A DNA stretch of 64,000 nucleotides. It comes from Desulfatiglandales bacterium (GTDB lineage Bacteria; Desulfobacterota; DSM-4660; Desulfatiglandales; Desulfatiglandaceae). Location of the stretch: NCBI GenBank assembly GCA_963666345.1, contig OY762721.1, positions 1,760,001 to 1,824,000 of the forward strand, given 5' to 3'. The notes beneath the pieces were generated by a model. That model saw only the letters and a program-made list of their open reading frames with translations, ran no database searches and was not told the DNA's origin. The position numbers were made by a program, and so were the translations under genes. Positions 27,496 through 37,586 of the stretch are shown one piece after another (position 1 is the stretch's first letter; the number at the start of each line of letters is the position of its first letter).

Positions 27496-28236
27496 ATGAA
27501 CAGGGACCGTAAATTCAGATGGCTTATTTTGGCAGTAGCCGCGATATTGCTTCTCAACGGATGTGCCATGCTCGACGGGTTAATGGGAAAAGATACTGAA
27601 CTCTCGCCTGACGAGCTGATGTACGAGGGCGTCAAAAATATGGAGCGGGGCAGATATACCGCCGCAACCGAGGCCTTCCAGACCATTAAGGACCGCTACC
27701 CTTACAGCAAGTACGCTCTTGAGGCGGAACTCAGGCTGGCTGACATGCTTTTTAAAAGGGAGCTTTACGACGAGGCGTTTAATGGCTACGACGATTTTGA
27801 GAAGCTGCACCCGAGAAATGCGGAAATACCATATGTAATCTACCAGAAAGGCATGTGTCATCTTGAACAGGTGTCCACCATCGACCGGGACCAGTCACAC
27901 ACGCTCAAGGCAAAGGAAGAGTTTAACAGGCTGCTGGAAAGATTTCCAAAGAGTCCCCACGCCAACAGAGGTCGCAAGAAGCTCAGGGAATGCTACATGC
28001 ATCTGGCCGAGTATGAGCTTTACGTGGGTCACTTCTACTACAAGAGTAAAAAATATCAGGCTGCCATAAACAGGTATCTGCATCTCATAGAAAACTATCC
28101 CGACCTGGGCCAGTACCATGAAGCCATGATATATCTCAACAAATGCAGGGAAAAGATCTCCGATTCCGAGCCCCGGGGCAGGCCTGAAAAGCCTGAGAGC
28201 TGGTGGAAGAGATTAACTCCCTCCTTTCTCCACTAG
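27496..28236 (+). CDS. bamD: outer membrane protein assembly factor BamD
   Basis: Lipobox LNGC, YPYS, TPR helices, DRDQ. Confidence 0.9.
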   Translation: MNRDRKFRWLILAVAAILLLNGCAMLDGLMGKDTELSPDELMYEGVKNMERGRYTAATEAFQTIKDRYPYSKYALEAELRLADMLFKRELYDEAFNGYDDFEKLHPRNAEIPYVIYQKGMCHLEQVSTIDRDQSHTLKAKEEFNRLLERFPKSPHANRGRKKLRECYMHLAEYELYVGHFYYKSKKYQAAINRYLHLIENYPDLGQYHEAMIYLNKCREKISDSEPRGRPEKPESWWKRLTPSFLH

Positions 28237-30858
28237 ATCGTAAAACGCCTCAAAGGCCTCTCCCAGCTTATCAGGAAGATTTCCCCCGCCCTGGGCCATA
28301 TCGGGTCTGCCGCCCCCCTTTCCGCCCACAATGGGAGATATCTGTTTGATTATATCACCGGCCCTGAAACGACCCACAAGATCCTTGGTGACAACGCAAT
28401 TCAGCATAACGGTACCTTCCTTGCCGGCTCCAAGAAGGATGACGCCTGATTTAACCTTGTCCCTGATTCTATCCCCCGACTCCCTTAACTCCTTTGGCGA
28501 GGCGACATCAATTTCCCGGGCCAGGGCATTTACATCTCCTATTTGTCTTACTTGGGAGAGAAAATCATCCGATTTTTTTGTCATGAGTTTTGCCTTGAGG
28601 GATTCGACTTCCCTTTCCCTTTCCTTCTGCTCCCTCAGGATATGATCTATCCGTTCCTCGAGTCTTTCAGGCAAAGTCTTCAGGACGGAACAGGCGCGTT
28701 TCAGGACCATTTCCTGCTGCTGATCGTGAATAAGGGCGCCCTGCCCGGTAACGGCCTCTATCCTGCGGACATTCGCGGCGACAGCGCCTTCGGATATGAT
28801 CCTGAAAAGACCTATATCTCCGGTGCGGGCCGTATGGGTCCCGCCGCACAATTCCATGCTCATGCCCTCACCCACGTTTACCACCCTGACCTGTTCGCCG
28901 TAACGTTCCTCAAAGATTGCCATGGCACCTGTCTTCATCGCCTCTTCCTTTGACATGGCCTCCACGCTCACTGCGAGGTTTTCCCTGATATAACTGTTGA
29001 CAAGGGCCTCAATCTCAAGCAGTTTTTCCTGACCGACCTGGGTGAAATGGCTGAAATCGAAACGGAATCTTTGTGAGGTGACAAGTGAACCGGCCTGCTT
29101 CACATGATCACCGAGCAGATGTCTCAGTGCGGCATGAAGCAGATGCGTGGCAGAATGATTACAGGCGGTGTCTCTTCTGGTCTTTTCATCGACCATCGCC
29201 CTTACGCCCTCACCCCGCCTGATTGATCCCCTTTCCACACGGCCTTTATGTATTATGAGTTTCTGGGCCACCTTCAGGGTGTCTTCAACAACAAATCTAA
29301 GGTCTTCCCCTTCAATTATGCCGACATCCCCCACCTGGCCGCCCGCCCTTCCGTAAAACGGCGTACGGTCAAGAAGCACCTCCGCCTCGGTGCCCGCCTC
29401 GACACTGTCCGCCTCCTTTCCTCCAACAAGAAGACCTACAACCCGGGACTCCGCCTCAAGTGAGGCATATCCCTCGAAGATCGATTTGACTCCCCGTCCG
29501 AGAAGCTTCCTGTAGGTTTCAGGGATCTCCTCCTCACCGCTGCCCTTCCACGATTCCTGAGACATGGCCCGCTGCCTGGCCATCGCCTTTTCATACCCGT
29601 CCATGTCAACGGTGAGACCTTCATCTCTGGCCACATCCTCCACCATGTCGAGGGACAGGCCGAAGGTGTCGTAAAGCTTGAAGGCCACATCCCCTGAAAT
29701 TACGGTGCCGCCCTTTTTTCTTAACTCGGCAAGCTCCTCTTCAAATACCCTCATGCTGTAATTTAGCGTGTCTGAAAATCGCCTTTCTTCATTTTCAACA
29801 ACGCCCTCGATAAATTTCCTGGACCTCTCAAGTTCCGGATAATCATCTCCCATGAGATCAATCACCCTGCCGCATATCATAAAGAAAAAGGAGTCTTTCA
29901 GGTTGAAAATACGGCCGTATCGGATGGCCCTTCTGATAATCCTCCTTAACACATAACCCCTGCCCTCGTTTGAAGGCATAATGCCGTCACCTATCAGAAA
30001 GGCGGCGGCCCTGGCGTGGTCCGCAATAACCTTGAAGGCTACCCCGTTTTTTCCGTCACTCTTATAGGGCATCCCTGAAAGATCCTCTATCCTTGATATC
30101 AGGCGCCGCAGGATGTCTGTTTCATAGTTCGACGGGGCCCCCTGAACAACCGCGGCAAGTCTCTCAAGCCCCATTCCGGTATCGATATTTTTCTGAGGAA
30201 GCGGACTGAGCGTGCCGTCCGCCGCCCTGTCAAACTGGGTGAATACCAGATTGTATATTTCCAGATATCGGTCGCAGTCGCATCCCACCCCGCAATCGGC
30301 CCTGCCGCACGAAAAAGCCGGTCCCTGATCGATATAGATCTCCGAGCATGGGCCGCAGGGACCGGTATCCCCCATAGACCAGAAATTATCCTTTTCACCC
30401 AGGCGCACTATCCTTTCAGAGGGGACACCCACCTGTTCCCTCCAGATATCAAATGCCTCTTCATCATCCCTGTAGATCGAGACATAAAGTTTGTCCGGAT
30501 CGAGTCCGTATACATCAGTCAGAAGTTCCCATGCCCAGGAGATCGCTTCTTCCTTGAAATAATCACCAAAGGAAAAATTGCCCAGCATTTCAAAAAAGGT
30601 ATGATGACGGCCCGTATAACCCACGTTTTCAAGATCGTTGTGTTTTCCCCCGGCCCTGACGCATTTCTGGGAGGTCACGGCCCTGGTATAGCCCCGTTTC
30701 TCCTCTCCGAGAAAAAGCCTCTTAAACTGAACCATGCCCGCGTTGGTAAACAACAGCGTGGGATCATCCATGGGGATCAAAGAGGCGCTTTCCACGATCT
30801 CATGGCCCTTTTTTCTGTAAAACTGCAAAAATCTTTCCCTTATCTCTCTTGTCTCCAT
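28213..30858 (-). CDS. alaS: alanine--tRNA ligase
   Basis: LLFTNAGM, HHTFFEMLGNFSFGDYFK, ELCGGTH and GGKGGGRPDMAQGGG. Confidence 0.99.
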   Translation of the reverse strand: METREIRERFLQFYRKKGHEIVESASLIPMDDPTLLFTNAGMVQFKRLFLGEEKRGYTRAVTSQKCVRAGGKHNDLENVGYTGRHHTFFEMLGNFSFGDYFKEEAISWAWELLTDVYGLDPDKLYVSIYRDDEEAFDIWREQVGVPSERIVRLGEKDNFWSMGDTGPCGPCSEIYIDQGPAFSCGRADCGVGCDCDRYLEIYNLVFTQFDRAADGTLSPLPQKNIDTGMGLERLAAVVQGAPSNYETDILRRLISRIEDLSGMPYKSDGKNGVAFKVIADHARAAAFLIGDGIMPSNEGRGYVLRRIIRRAIRYGRIFNLKDSFFFMICGRVIDLMGDDYPELERSRKFIEGVVENEERRFSDTLNYSMRVFEEELAELRKKGGTVISGDVAFKLYDTFGLSLDMVEDVARDEGLTVDMDGYEKAMARQRAMSQESWKGSGEEEIPETYRKLLGRGVKSIFEGYASLEAESRVVGLLVGGKEADSVEAGTEAEVLLDRTPFYGRAGGQVGDVGIIEGEDLRFVVEDTLKVAQKLIIHKGRVERGSIRRGEGVRAMVDEKTRRDTACNHSATHLLHAALRHLLGDHVKQAGSLVTSQRFRFDFSHFTQVGQEKLLEIEALVNSYIRENLAVSVEAMSKEEAMKTGAMAIFEERYGEQVRVVNVGEGMSMELCGGTHTARTGDIGLFRIISEGAVAANVRRIEAVTGQGALIHDQQQEMVLKRACSVLKTLPERLEERIDHILREQKEREREVESLKAKLMTKKSDDFLSQVRQIGDVNALAREIDVASPKELRESGDRIRDKVKSGVILLGAGKEGTVMLNCVVTKDLVGRFRAGDIIKQISPIVGGKGGGRPDMAQGGGNLPDKLGEAFEAFYDLVEKGGS

Positions 30859-30936
30859 TTAAATATCCTGCTCATGTCTTGTTAAATTTCGGCAAAAATT
30901 ATCCCCGATGACCGCGCCCGTCTATGCTTCAGACAC

Positions 30937-31959
30937 TTATTCGGCCGGTTTTGAGGGGTCTGTTTTTTCTTTATTCCCGGCAAGGCCGGCCTTTTCTTTT
31001 ATAAGACCTGCAATCCTGTCTCTGATATCAACGTTTTCCATTAGAAAATTCTTCACGTTTTCCCTGCCCTGTCCGATCCTTTCCTTTCCGAAAGAATACC
31101 ATGCCCCGCTCTTTTCAACTATCCCGAGTGATACCCCCAGGTCCAGGATATCTCCCTCTTTGGAGATTCCATGGCCGTACATTATATCAAATTCAGCCTC
31201 TCTGAAGGGGGGCGAAATCTTGTTTTTAACCACCTTGACCCTGGTCCTGTTTCCCGCCATCCGGTCACCATCCTTGATGGCCCCTATTCTTCTTATGTCC
31301 AGGCGCTGGCTCGCGTAGAACTTGAGTGCGTTACCTCCGGTAGTGGTTTCCGGATTCCCGAACATTACCCCTATTTTCATTCTTATCTGATTAATAAAGA
31401 TGACGCAGGTCTTCGATTTGCTTATTGTGGCGGTCAGTTTCCTGAGTGCCTGGGACATCAGCCTGGCCTGAAGGCCTACATGATGATCGCCCATCTCTCC
31501 TTCTATCTCGGCCCTCGGTACCAGGGCGGCCACGGAATCGATTATAAGGGCGTCAATAGCGCCGCTTCTCACAAGTATCTCGGTGATATCGAGAGCCTGT
31601 TCTCCGGTGTCGGGCTGGGACACAAGGAGGCTGTCCACATCAACCCCCAGTTTTCTCGCATATCCTATGTCCAGGGCGTGTTCCGCGTCGATAAAGGCCA
31701 CCATGCCGCCCGCCTTCTGAGCTTCAGACGCGATATGAAGTGCCAGGGTGGTTTTTCCGGAAGATTCAGGGCCGTATATCTCAACTACCCTTCCCCTTGG
31801 AACCCCCCCGACCCCCAGGGCGATATCAAGTGAAAGGGATCCGGTGGAAATGGAGGGAACGTCTATTGCCGACCCGTCACCCATTTTCATTATGGAACCA
31901 CGGCCGAACTGTTTTTCAATTTGAGAAATGGCCTGTTCAACTGCTTTATCTCTATCCAT
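30937..31959 (-). CDS. recA: recombinase RecA
   Basis: [18 protein letters not shown] and [23 protein letters not shown]. Confidence 0.99.
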   Translation of the reverse strand: MDRDKAVEQAISQIEKQFGRGSIMKMGDGSAIDVPSISTGSLSLDIALGVGGVPRGRVVEIYGPESSGKTTLALHIASEAQKAGGMVAFIDAEHALDIGYARKLGVDVDSLLVSQPDTGEQALDITEILVRSGAIDALIIDSVAALVPRAEIEGEMGDHHVGLQARLMSQALRKLTATISKSKTCVIFINQIRMKIGVMFGNPETTTGGNALKFYASQRLDIRRIGAIKDGDRMAGNRTRVKVVKNKISPPFREAEFDIMYGHGISKEGDILDLGVSLGIVEKSGAWYSFGKERIGQGRENVKNFLMENVDIRDRIAGLIKEKAGLAGNKEKTDPSKPAE

Positions 31960-32050
31960 AGGTCCTACCTCCAATGGGACGGCACCCGGATAAAATCGGT
32001 CAACAGACCTTTATCCATGGCCGGTCCTTCTAGAAGATTGAATACTTATA

Positions 32051-32201
32051 TTAACGGCTTCGTAAAGACTCCGACTGCTTCGTTATGCTTCATCTTTCGT
32101 CATTGCGACGTACAACAAGCACGCCATTCCAAGGAGTTGCAACCCTTGCATCTGGAGCTTTTTACTTCACCGTCTCAATTATGACTTTTTATGAATTCAT
32201 C
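32051..32201. mobile_element. MITE-like family Z copy
   Basis: Alignable with 10358-10531. Confidence 0.7.
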
Positions 32202-32204
32202 TAC

Positions 32205-32288
32205 ATGGATCTTCTCCCGATTAGTCGGTCGACCGGCATATCTTTTTTACACGGTGCAACATATCAGGATTCGAGTGTCCAAGGGGCC
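32205..32288. repeat. family W repeat overlapping the thpR 3' end
   Basis: Homologous to 55115-55200. Confidence 0.7.
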
Positions 32289-32841
32289 AGGAAAAAAGGC
32301 TTGTATATTTTGCCCCTTGCGGACACAGTTCGCTCCTGAAAAAAACCAGTTTATCAAGCATGCAGGTCGGGCCGGCGACACCCATATGCCTTGAAAGGGC
32401 ATCATCAAGATTTTTGCCCGGCCTGCAGGCTTTCCGAAACCTTCCGATCGTAAGATGCGGCCTGAAGGCCCTTTTCTCCCGCCTGACTCCAAAAGGGATA
32501 AGGATTTCCTGAATCTCGTCCCGGAAACGCCCCATTCTTTCAAGATCACCGTTAAGGCCGATCCAGATCACCCTCGGGTTACCTCTGCCGGGGAAAATCC
32601 CGGCGCCGTCCAGGCGCATCTCAAAAGGCGAATGACGCCTGCAGATCCTGTCCGCTGAAAAGGCTATTTTCTCGATATCATCTTCAGGCACACTTCCAAG
32701 AAAGACAACGGTTAGATGGATATTTTCCTTTTTGACCCATCTCACATCAAGGTCACAGCTCCTGAACCGGTCATGGGCATCTGAAAGCGGCCCGGCCATG
32801 CCGGGAGGAAGCTCAAATGCCAGGAAGGAACGGATATCCAT
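32221..32841 (-). CDS. thpR: RNA 2',3'-cyclic phosphodiesterase (2'-5' RNA ligase family)
   Basis: Two HxT motifs (HLTV, HLTI); located between cinA and recA. Confidence 0.92.
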   Translation of the reverse strand: MDIRSFLAFELPPGMAGPLSDAHDRFRSCDLDVRWVKKENIHLTVVFLGSVPEDDIEKIAFSADRICRRHSPFEMRLDGAGIFPGRGNPRVIWIGLNGDLERMGRFRDEIQEILIPFGVRREKRAFRPHLTIGRFRKACRPGKNLDDALSRHMGVAGPTCMLDKLVFFRSELCPQGAKYTSLFSWPLGHSNPDMLHRVKKICRSTD

Positions 32842-34066
32842 CTATATACCTTCTTATCCAGTCAAGCGCCATTGCCGACGCATTGAGTTTGACCTTTTCT
32901 CTGCTCCCCCGGAACCGGTACATGCCTGTAAAGGTATCCTTTTCACCGTCAATGCCCAGATAGACCGTTCCCACCGGCTTGGACATGGTTCCCCCCCCAG
33001 GTCCGGCTATACCGGTAACGGAGATTCCAAGATCGGTTCTGAAATATTTCCTTACTCCCTTTGCCATTTCTTCCGCGGTATTACCGCTCACGGCCCCGTA
33101 TCTATCCAGGGTCTCGGGATTCACCTTGAGAAGGTCTATCTTTGCCCTATTACTGTAGGCCACGATTCCTCCCATGAAGTATCCCGAGCTTCCCGGTACT
33201 TCCGTAAGCCTGTGTCCCAGCAGGCCTCCTGTGCACGATTCTGCGACAGAGATGGTGTAAGAGCCCTTTAAAAGCATTTTCCCAACCACCTCCGCCATAG
33301 ACTCGGGGCCGGATGAAAATATGTACTCTCCGATCAGACGCCTGATTTCTCTTTCAGCCCTGTCAAGCTCTCCGGTGACAGAAGATTCATTCTCCCCCCT
33401 GAGACTCAGGGTAATATGATTCTCCGGAAAATCGGGATAAAAACCGAGCAGGATACCCGTCTTACCCTTGAGCTCCTTCAACGCCTCTGATATACCGGGC
33501 TCCTCCAGTCCATACAGTTTCAGTATCCTCTGTCTCATGACAGGGAGGGTATCACAGCAACCGACTATCTCCGGAAGCACAAACTTGTCCAGCAGATATC
33601 GCATCTGATCAGGCACACCCGGAAGAAAATAGAGGCGCACAGCCCCCTTTTCAAGTGAATAGCCGCAGGCGTCACCTTTCGGGTTTAGTATCCTTGAACC
33701 TTCAGGCATAAAGGCCATCTTGCTTAATGAGGAGTTCATCTGAGAGCCCCTCCGCTCAAAATGGCCTTTTATCTTTTCAAAAAGATAGTTATTGCGCTCA
33801 AGAGGCCTTTCAAGGGCCTTCGCGGCAATCTCGCTTGTCATATCATCATCGGTTGAACCTAGTCCTCCGGTTATTATTACAAAACCGGAATCCCTGACAG
33901 CCCTTTTAAGGGCGTTCGACACCATCTCAGGATCATCTCCGACAGAGGTGATCCTGGTTACCCCCAGGCCGGAAGCTATCAGACGACCTGCGGCATACCA
34001 TGAATTCAGATCAAGGGCTCTGCCTGATACGAGCTCATTTCCTATGGTGATAATTTCGCAATCCAT
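32813..34066 (-). CDS. cinA: competence/damage-inducible CinA family (NMN deamidase domain)
   Basis: IGNEL, TGGLG and AESCTGG..GSSGYF..GIAGPGGG. Confidence 0.95.
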   Translation of the reverse strand: MDCEIITIGNELVSGRALDLNSWYAAGRLIASGLGVTRITSVGDDPEMVSNALKRAVRDSGFVIITGGLGSTDDDMTSEIAAKALERPLERNNYLFEKIKGHFERRGSQMNSSLSKMAFMPEGSRILNPKGDACGYSLEKGAVRLYFLPGVPDQMRYLLDKFVLPEIVGCCDTLPVMRQRILKLYGLEEPGISEALKELKGKTGILLGFYPDFPENHITLSLRGENESSVTGELDRAEREIRRLIGEYIFSSGPESMAEVVGKMLLKGSYTISVAESCTGGLLGHRLTEVPGSSGYFMGGIVAYSNRAKIDLLKVNPETLDRYGAVSGNTAEEMAKGVRKYFRTDLGISVTGIAGPGGGTMSKPVGTVYLGIDGEKDTFTGMYRFRGSREKVKLNASAMALDWIRRYIDGYPFLPGI

Positions 34067-34113
34067 CTGCCGAACGCCTTTGATTTAGACTGAATCATAC
34101 ACAAAACAGGTTA

Positions 34114-34656
34114 TTAAACACAAACACTCATCAGTTTAAGGCAGACGGCGGAATAGGCGCCGGCCATGAGATCATCCGCAACTATCCCTGTCCCCCCCTT
34201 TAATTTTTCAAGTCTCCTTATGGGAAACGGCTTTAAGATATCAAAAAAGCGAAAAAACAGAAAGCCCGCCCCCAGCATTGTCCAGGAAGGCTCTACAAAG
34301 GAGACTGCAAGCAGGTAGCCCGCGACTTCATCTATGACGACCTCCCGGGGATCCTTCCGTTTAAGTGCCTCCTGAGCCTTACCTGACGTCCATACCGCTA
34401 TGATTGTAACCAGAGTGATGAGTAAAAACCGCGCAGGCCCGCCAAGGTGCCACATCAAAAGGATAAGGGGGACCGTTGCGATGCTGCCGCATGTCCCAGG
34501 GGCGAACGGCGATAGCCCGAAGCCGAACCATGAGGAAATAACCAGTGAAATCTTCCCCCGACGGCCTGATTGCCTGAAGGCATCCAGGAAGGCTAAATTA
34601 TCAGATTGCGAGTTTGGCATCAACAAGGTTGTGTGAGAAATTATCTTATTGTTCAC
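34114..34656 (-). CDS. pgpA: phosphatidylglycerophosphatase A
   Basis: APGT.GS, DP.EVVIDE and FRFFDILKPFPI; start uncertain. Confidence 0.93.
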   Translation of the reverse strand: MNNKIISHTTLLMPNSQSDNLAFLDAFRQSGRRGKISLVISSWFGFGLSPFAPGTCGSIATVPLILLMWHLGGPARFLLITLVTIIAVWTSGKAQEALKRKDPREVVIDEVAGYLLAVSFVEPSWTMLGAGFLFFRFFDILKPFPIRRLEKLKGGTGIVADDLMAGAYSAVCLKLMSVCV

Positions 34657-34691
34657 GCATGTCTATAAGACGCATAACGGCCTGTCCGTGT

Positions 34692-35855
34692 TCAGCGGTT
34701 AAGTCCCATGACCCAGTAGAAGATTCTTCTTAAAGGGACATCGTTTTTAAGGGCCAGGTCTCTGCACGACTCATATTCAGGCATAATTTCAGCGGATCCG
34801 TCTGCTGAGATGACCTTTTTGACCTTCACCGCCCCCCATGGACTGACAACCTCTTCCTCGGATCTGTTCAGGATTTCTCTTTGACAGTAGCGGAACCTGA
34901 CTCCAAGGGTACTGTTCTCCCTGAAAAATGTCTTTATCAGCTGCTTTTTCTTCTCCGGCCTTGACACGACCTGAACATGGACGGCCGGCCTGTTTTTTTT
35001 CATCTGAACCGGAAAGAAAACCACGTCAAGGGCCCCTGCCTCAAAAAGCCTTTCCATGAGATATCCAAGCCATTCAGGACTTGAATCGTCTGTATCGGTC
35101 TCCAGGACAAGCACCGTTTCGGTCTCATTTCCGGCAGACTCCTGTCCGATCAATATACGAACCAGGTTCGGCCTGTCAGGCAGTTTTCTCGTTCCCACCC
35201 CGTATCCTATCCTGTCGACCGTCATCGGAGGCATGGGACCCTGTGAAACGGAGAGTCCTTTTATGAACGCGGCGCCCGTGGGCGTAACAAGCTCAAAAGG
35301 GAGCCCTGAGTCATATACCGGAATTCCCCTTAAAAGCTCTATCGTGGCAGGGGCGGGGACCGGGATCCTGCCGTGAGCGCACTCGACAAAACCTGAGCCG
35401 AGAGGGATTGTCGAGGTGCATAGAGAATCGATTCCAAGATATGCCAGCCCGTAAACCGCGCCTATTATATCTATTATGGAATCGACCGCACCCACCTCGT
35501 GGAAATGCACCTTGTCGGGAGGAAGATTATGGGCCTTGCCCTCCACCTCCGCAATAAGCTCAAATATATCGACGCATTTTTTCTTTACCGCCTCTTCCAG
35601 GGCTCCTGCCTCGATTATCTCTTTTACGTCCTTCAGGTGTCTGTGAACGTGCCCTTGGCCCTTCAACTCCACGACAAAGCGGGTGCCGAACAGCCCCATC
35701 CGCTCCTCCTTGAATGACCTAAGGCCGTAGCCGTCAAAAGGAAGGCTCATGATCTTGTTTTCAAGCTCTTCAAATGGAAGACCCGCATCCAGAAGCGCGC
35801 CTATGAACATGTCGCCGCTTACCCCTGAAAAACAGTCCAGATATGCTGTTGTCAT
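34692..35855 (-). CDS. larC: nickel pincer cofactor biosynthesis protein LarC
   Basis: DCFSGVSGDM, HFHEVGAVDSI, PVPAPAT and MKKNRP. Confidence 0.95.
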   Translation of the reverse strand: MTTAYLDCFSGVSGDMFIGALLDAGLPFEELENKIMSLPFDGYGLRSFKEERMGLFGTRFVVELKGQGHVHRHLKDVKEIIEAGALEEAVKKKCVDIFELIAEVEGKAHNLPPDKVHFHEVGAVDSIIDIIGAVYGLAYLGIDSLCTSTIPLGSGFVECAHGRIPVPAPATIELLRGIPVYDSGLPFELVTPTGAAFIKGLSVSQGPMPPMTVDRIGYGVGTRKLPDRPNLVRILIGQESAGNETETVLVLETDTDDSSPEWLGYLMERLFEAGALDVVFFPVQMKKNRPAVHVQVVSRPEKKKQLIKTFFRENSTLGVRFRYCQREILNRSEEEVVSPWGAVKVKKVISADGSAEIMPEYESCRDLALKNDVPLRRIFYWVMGLNR

Positions 35856-35942
35856 TTAAAAATCCTTCTATGGAATTTGCCTCTTCCTGAAAAAGGAAAA
35901 TTTGATATCCCCTCAAAGGATCAAGGAGAGGTCCTGCTGATC

Positions 35943-35978
35943 ATAAAAAGCCCTGCCCTTTTGGGCAAGGCTTTTATT
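35943..35978. terminator. intrinsic terminator hairpin
   Basis: ATAAAAAGCCCTGCCC-TTTT-GGGCAAGGCTTTTAT. Confidence 0.7.
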
Positions 35979-35997
35979 CCGTATGCACCTTAAAATA

Positions 35998-37146
35998 TCA
36001 AATTACCTCTGCAATCAATTCGGAGATATCCCTTATCTCAATCTGTTCCTCTCTGTTGGTTGTCTTTCTACTGTCCTCAAGCATTGAAATACAGTAAGGA
36101 CAGGCCGTGGCGAGTATCGAGGCCCCAGTAGTACACGCCTCTTCTATTCTCAGGTCCGAGAAACGCCATTCAGGCTTTGTCTCCATCCAGAGCCTGCCCC
36201 CTCCTGCTCCGCAGCACAGGCTCTCTTTTCTGCTCCTTTTCATCTCCACAAGATTTCCGCCCGTAACCGCGGAGATAAGCTCTCTCGGGGCGTCATACAC
36301 CTCACAGTGCCTTCCGAGATAGCATGGATCATGATAGGTCACCTTTTTGTCGATAGGGCCTGACAGCTTCAGATTTCCCTCCCTCAAAAGACCGGCAAGG
36401 AATTCCGTATAATGAAGCACCTCGAAATCCGCACCCAGTTCGGGATATTCGTTCTTGAACGTATAAAGGCAGTGGGGTGAGGTGGTAATTATCTTTTTAA
36501 CCCCCCTTTCCTTAAAAAGCGCTATGTTTTTCCGCGCCATATCGTTGAACAGCTCCTCGTCTCCGATCTTTCTCACCGATTCGGAGCAGCAGGTCTCCTG
36601 GTCACCTATGACGCCGAAACTTACACCGGCCGCGCCGAGAACCTTGACCATGGATTTGGCTATGTTCTGACTTCTCGGGTCATAGCAGGATGTGCAGCAG
36701 ACAAAAAGAAAATATTCCGTATCATCACCAAAGTCGGGAACCTCAATGCCTTCCATCCAGGCCGCTCTCTTATCCCTCGGCTCGGACCAGGGGTTGCCGT
36801 TGCTGTGAACGCTGCCGGTGACCGTTCTGAGGACCGATGGTATGGCGCCCGTCTCCGCTATCATGGACCGCATGGCCCTTACGACATCTATGATCGTAAC
36901 CCCCCTGGGGCACTTGAGCACACACTTGTTGCAGGTGGTGCAGCCGTAGAGGATGTCGTCTGATTCATAGCCTTCCACCCCCAGCTGGGCCATCCTTATC
37001 AGCTTTCTTATATTGAAAGTTCCGTCTACTATGCGCCAGGGACAGGAACCCGCGCACATGCCGCACTGCATGCAGAGGTTGAGTTTTTCCGCGCCCATGG
37101 CAACGAGGGCTTCATTTACTTCGTAAAACGGCGTCATTGCTGTCAT
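35998..37146 (-). CDS. HdrD/GlpC-like Fe-S oxidoreductase (4Fe-4S + CCG domains)
   Basis: Two CxxCxxCxxxCP motifs, YHDPCYLGR, CCGAGGG and TACPYC; alternative start at 37167. Confidence 0.92.
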   Translation of the reverse strand: MTAMTPFYEVNEALVAMGAEKLNLCMQCGMCAGSCPWRIVDGTFNIRKLIRMAQLGVEGYESDDILYGCTTCNKCVLKCPRGVTIIDVVRAMRSMIAETGAIPSVLRTVTGSVHSNGNPWSEPRDKRAAWMEGIEVPDFGDDTEYFLFVCCTSCYDPRSQNIAKSMVKVLGAAGVSFGVIGDQETCCSESVRKIGDEELFNDMARKNIALFKERGVKKIITTSPHCLYTFKNEYPELGADFEVLHYTEFLAGLLREGNLKLSGPIDKKVTYHDPCYLGRHCEVYDAPRELISAVTGGNLVEMKRSRKESLCCGAGGGRLWMETKPEWRFSDLRIEEACTTGASILATACPYCISMLEDSRKTTNREEQIEIRDISELIAEVI

Positions 37147-37586
37147 AAGATCATTCGCTCCTTTCATTTGAAAAGAAAGACCCGATTAACCGCAAAGAAA
37201 ATTAAGGCAAAACCCCTCTGATAAGATTTTGTGATAAAAGAATATTTTCCAGGAAAATCGGGACTTTTTTAGCAGAACCGACCCTTTATGTCAACAAAAG
37301 CGGTGCCCCCAAGCCGCCGCCGGGGCATCATCTGTCCCGCTTCAACGGGGTTGTCCCTGATCCCGCCTGCGCGGGATAGATCAAAGGCCTCGGACATAAC
37401 TCTCAGGCGGCCCTCACAGGCTCGACTTGTATCCGGAGCTTACCGTGCCGTCTAAATCTTGATCTCTTACGAGTGCATCGCAATAGGTAAAGAAAAAGGC
37501 GGAACCGCATATATTCAAGGCTGATGAAAGACAAGGGATAAGTAATACCATTTAAAATCGACTCGGTGCTCCCGGTTACCTCTGAT

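Noticed and set aside
28213..28236. bamD/alaS convergent overlap
   Set aside because: A 24-nt tail-to-tail overlap is ordinary.
37303..37440. GC-rich hairpins upstream of the HdrD-like gene as an ncRNA
   Set aside because: Single copy in the window, REP-like short palindromes, no recognisable family.
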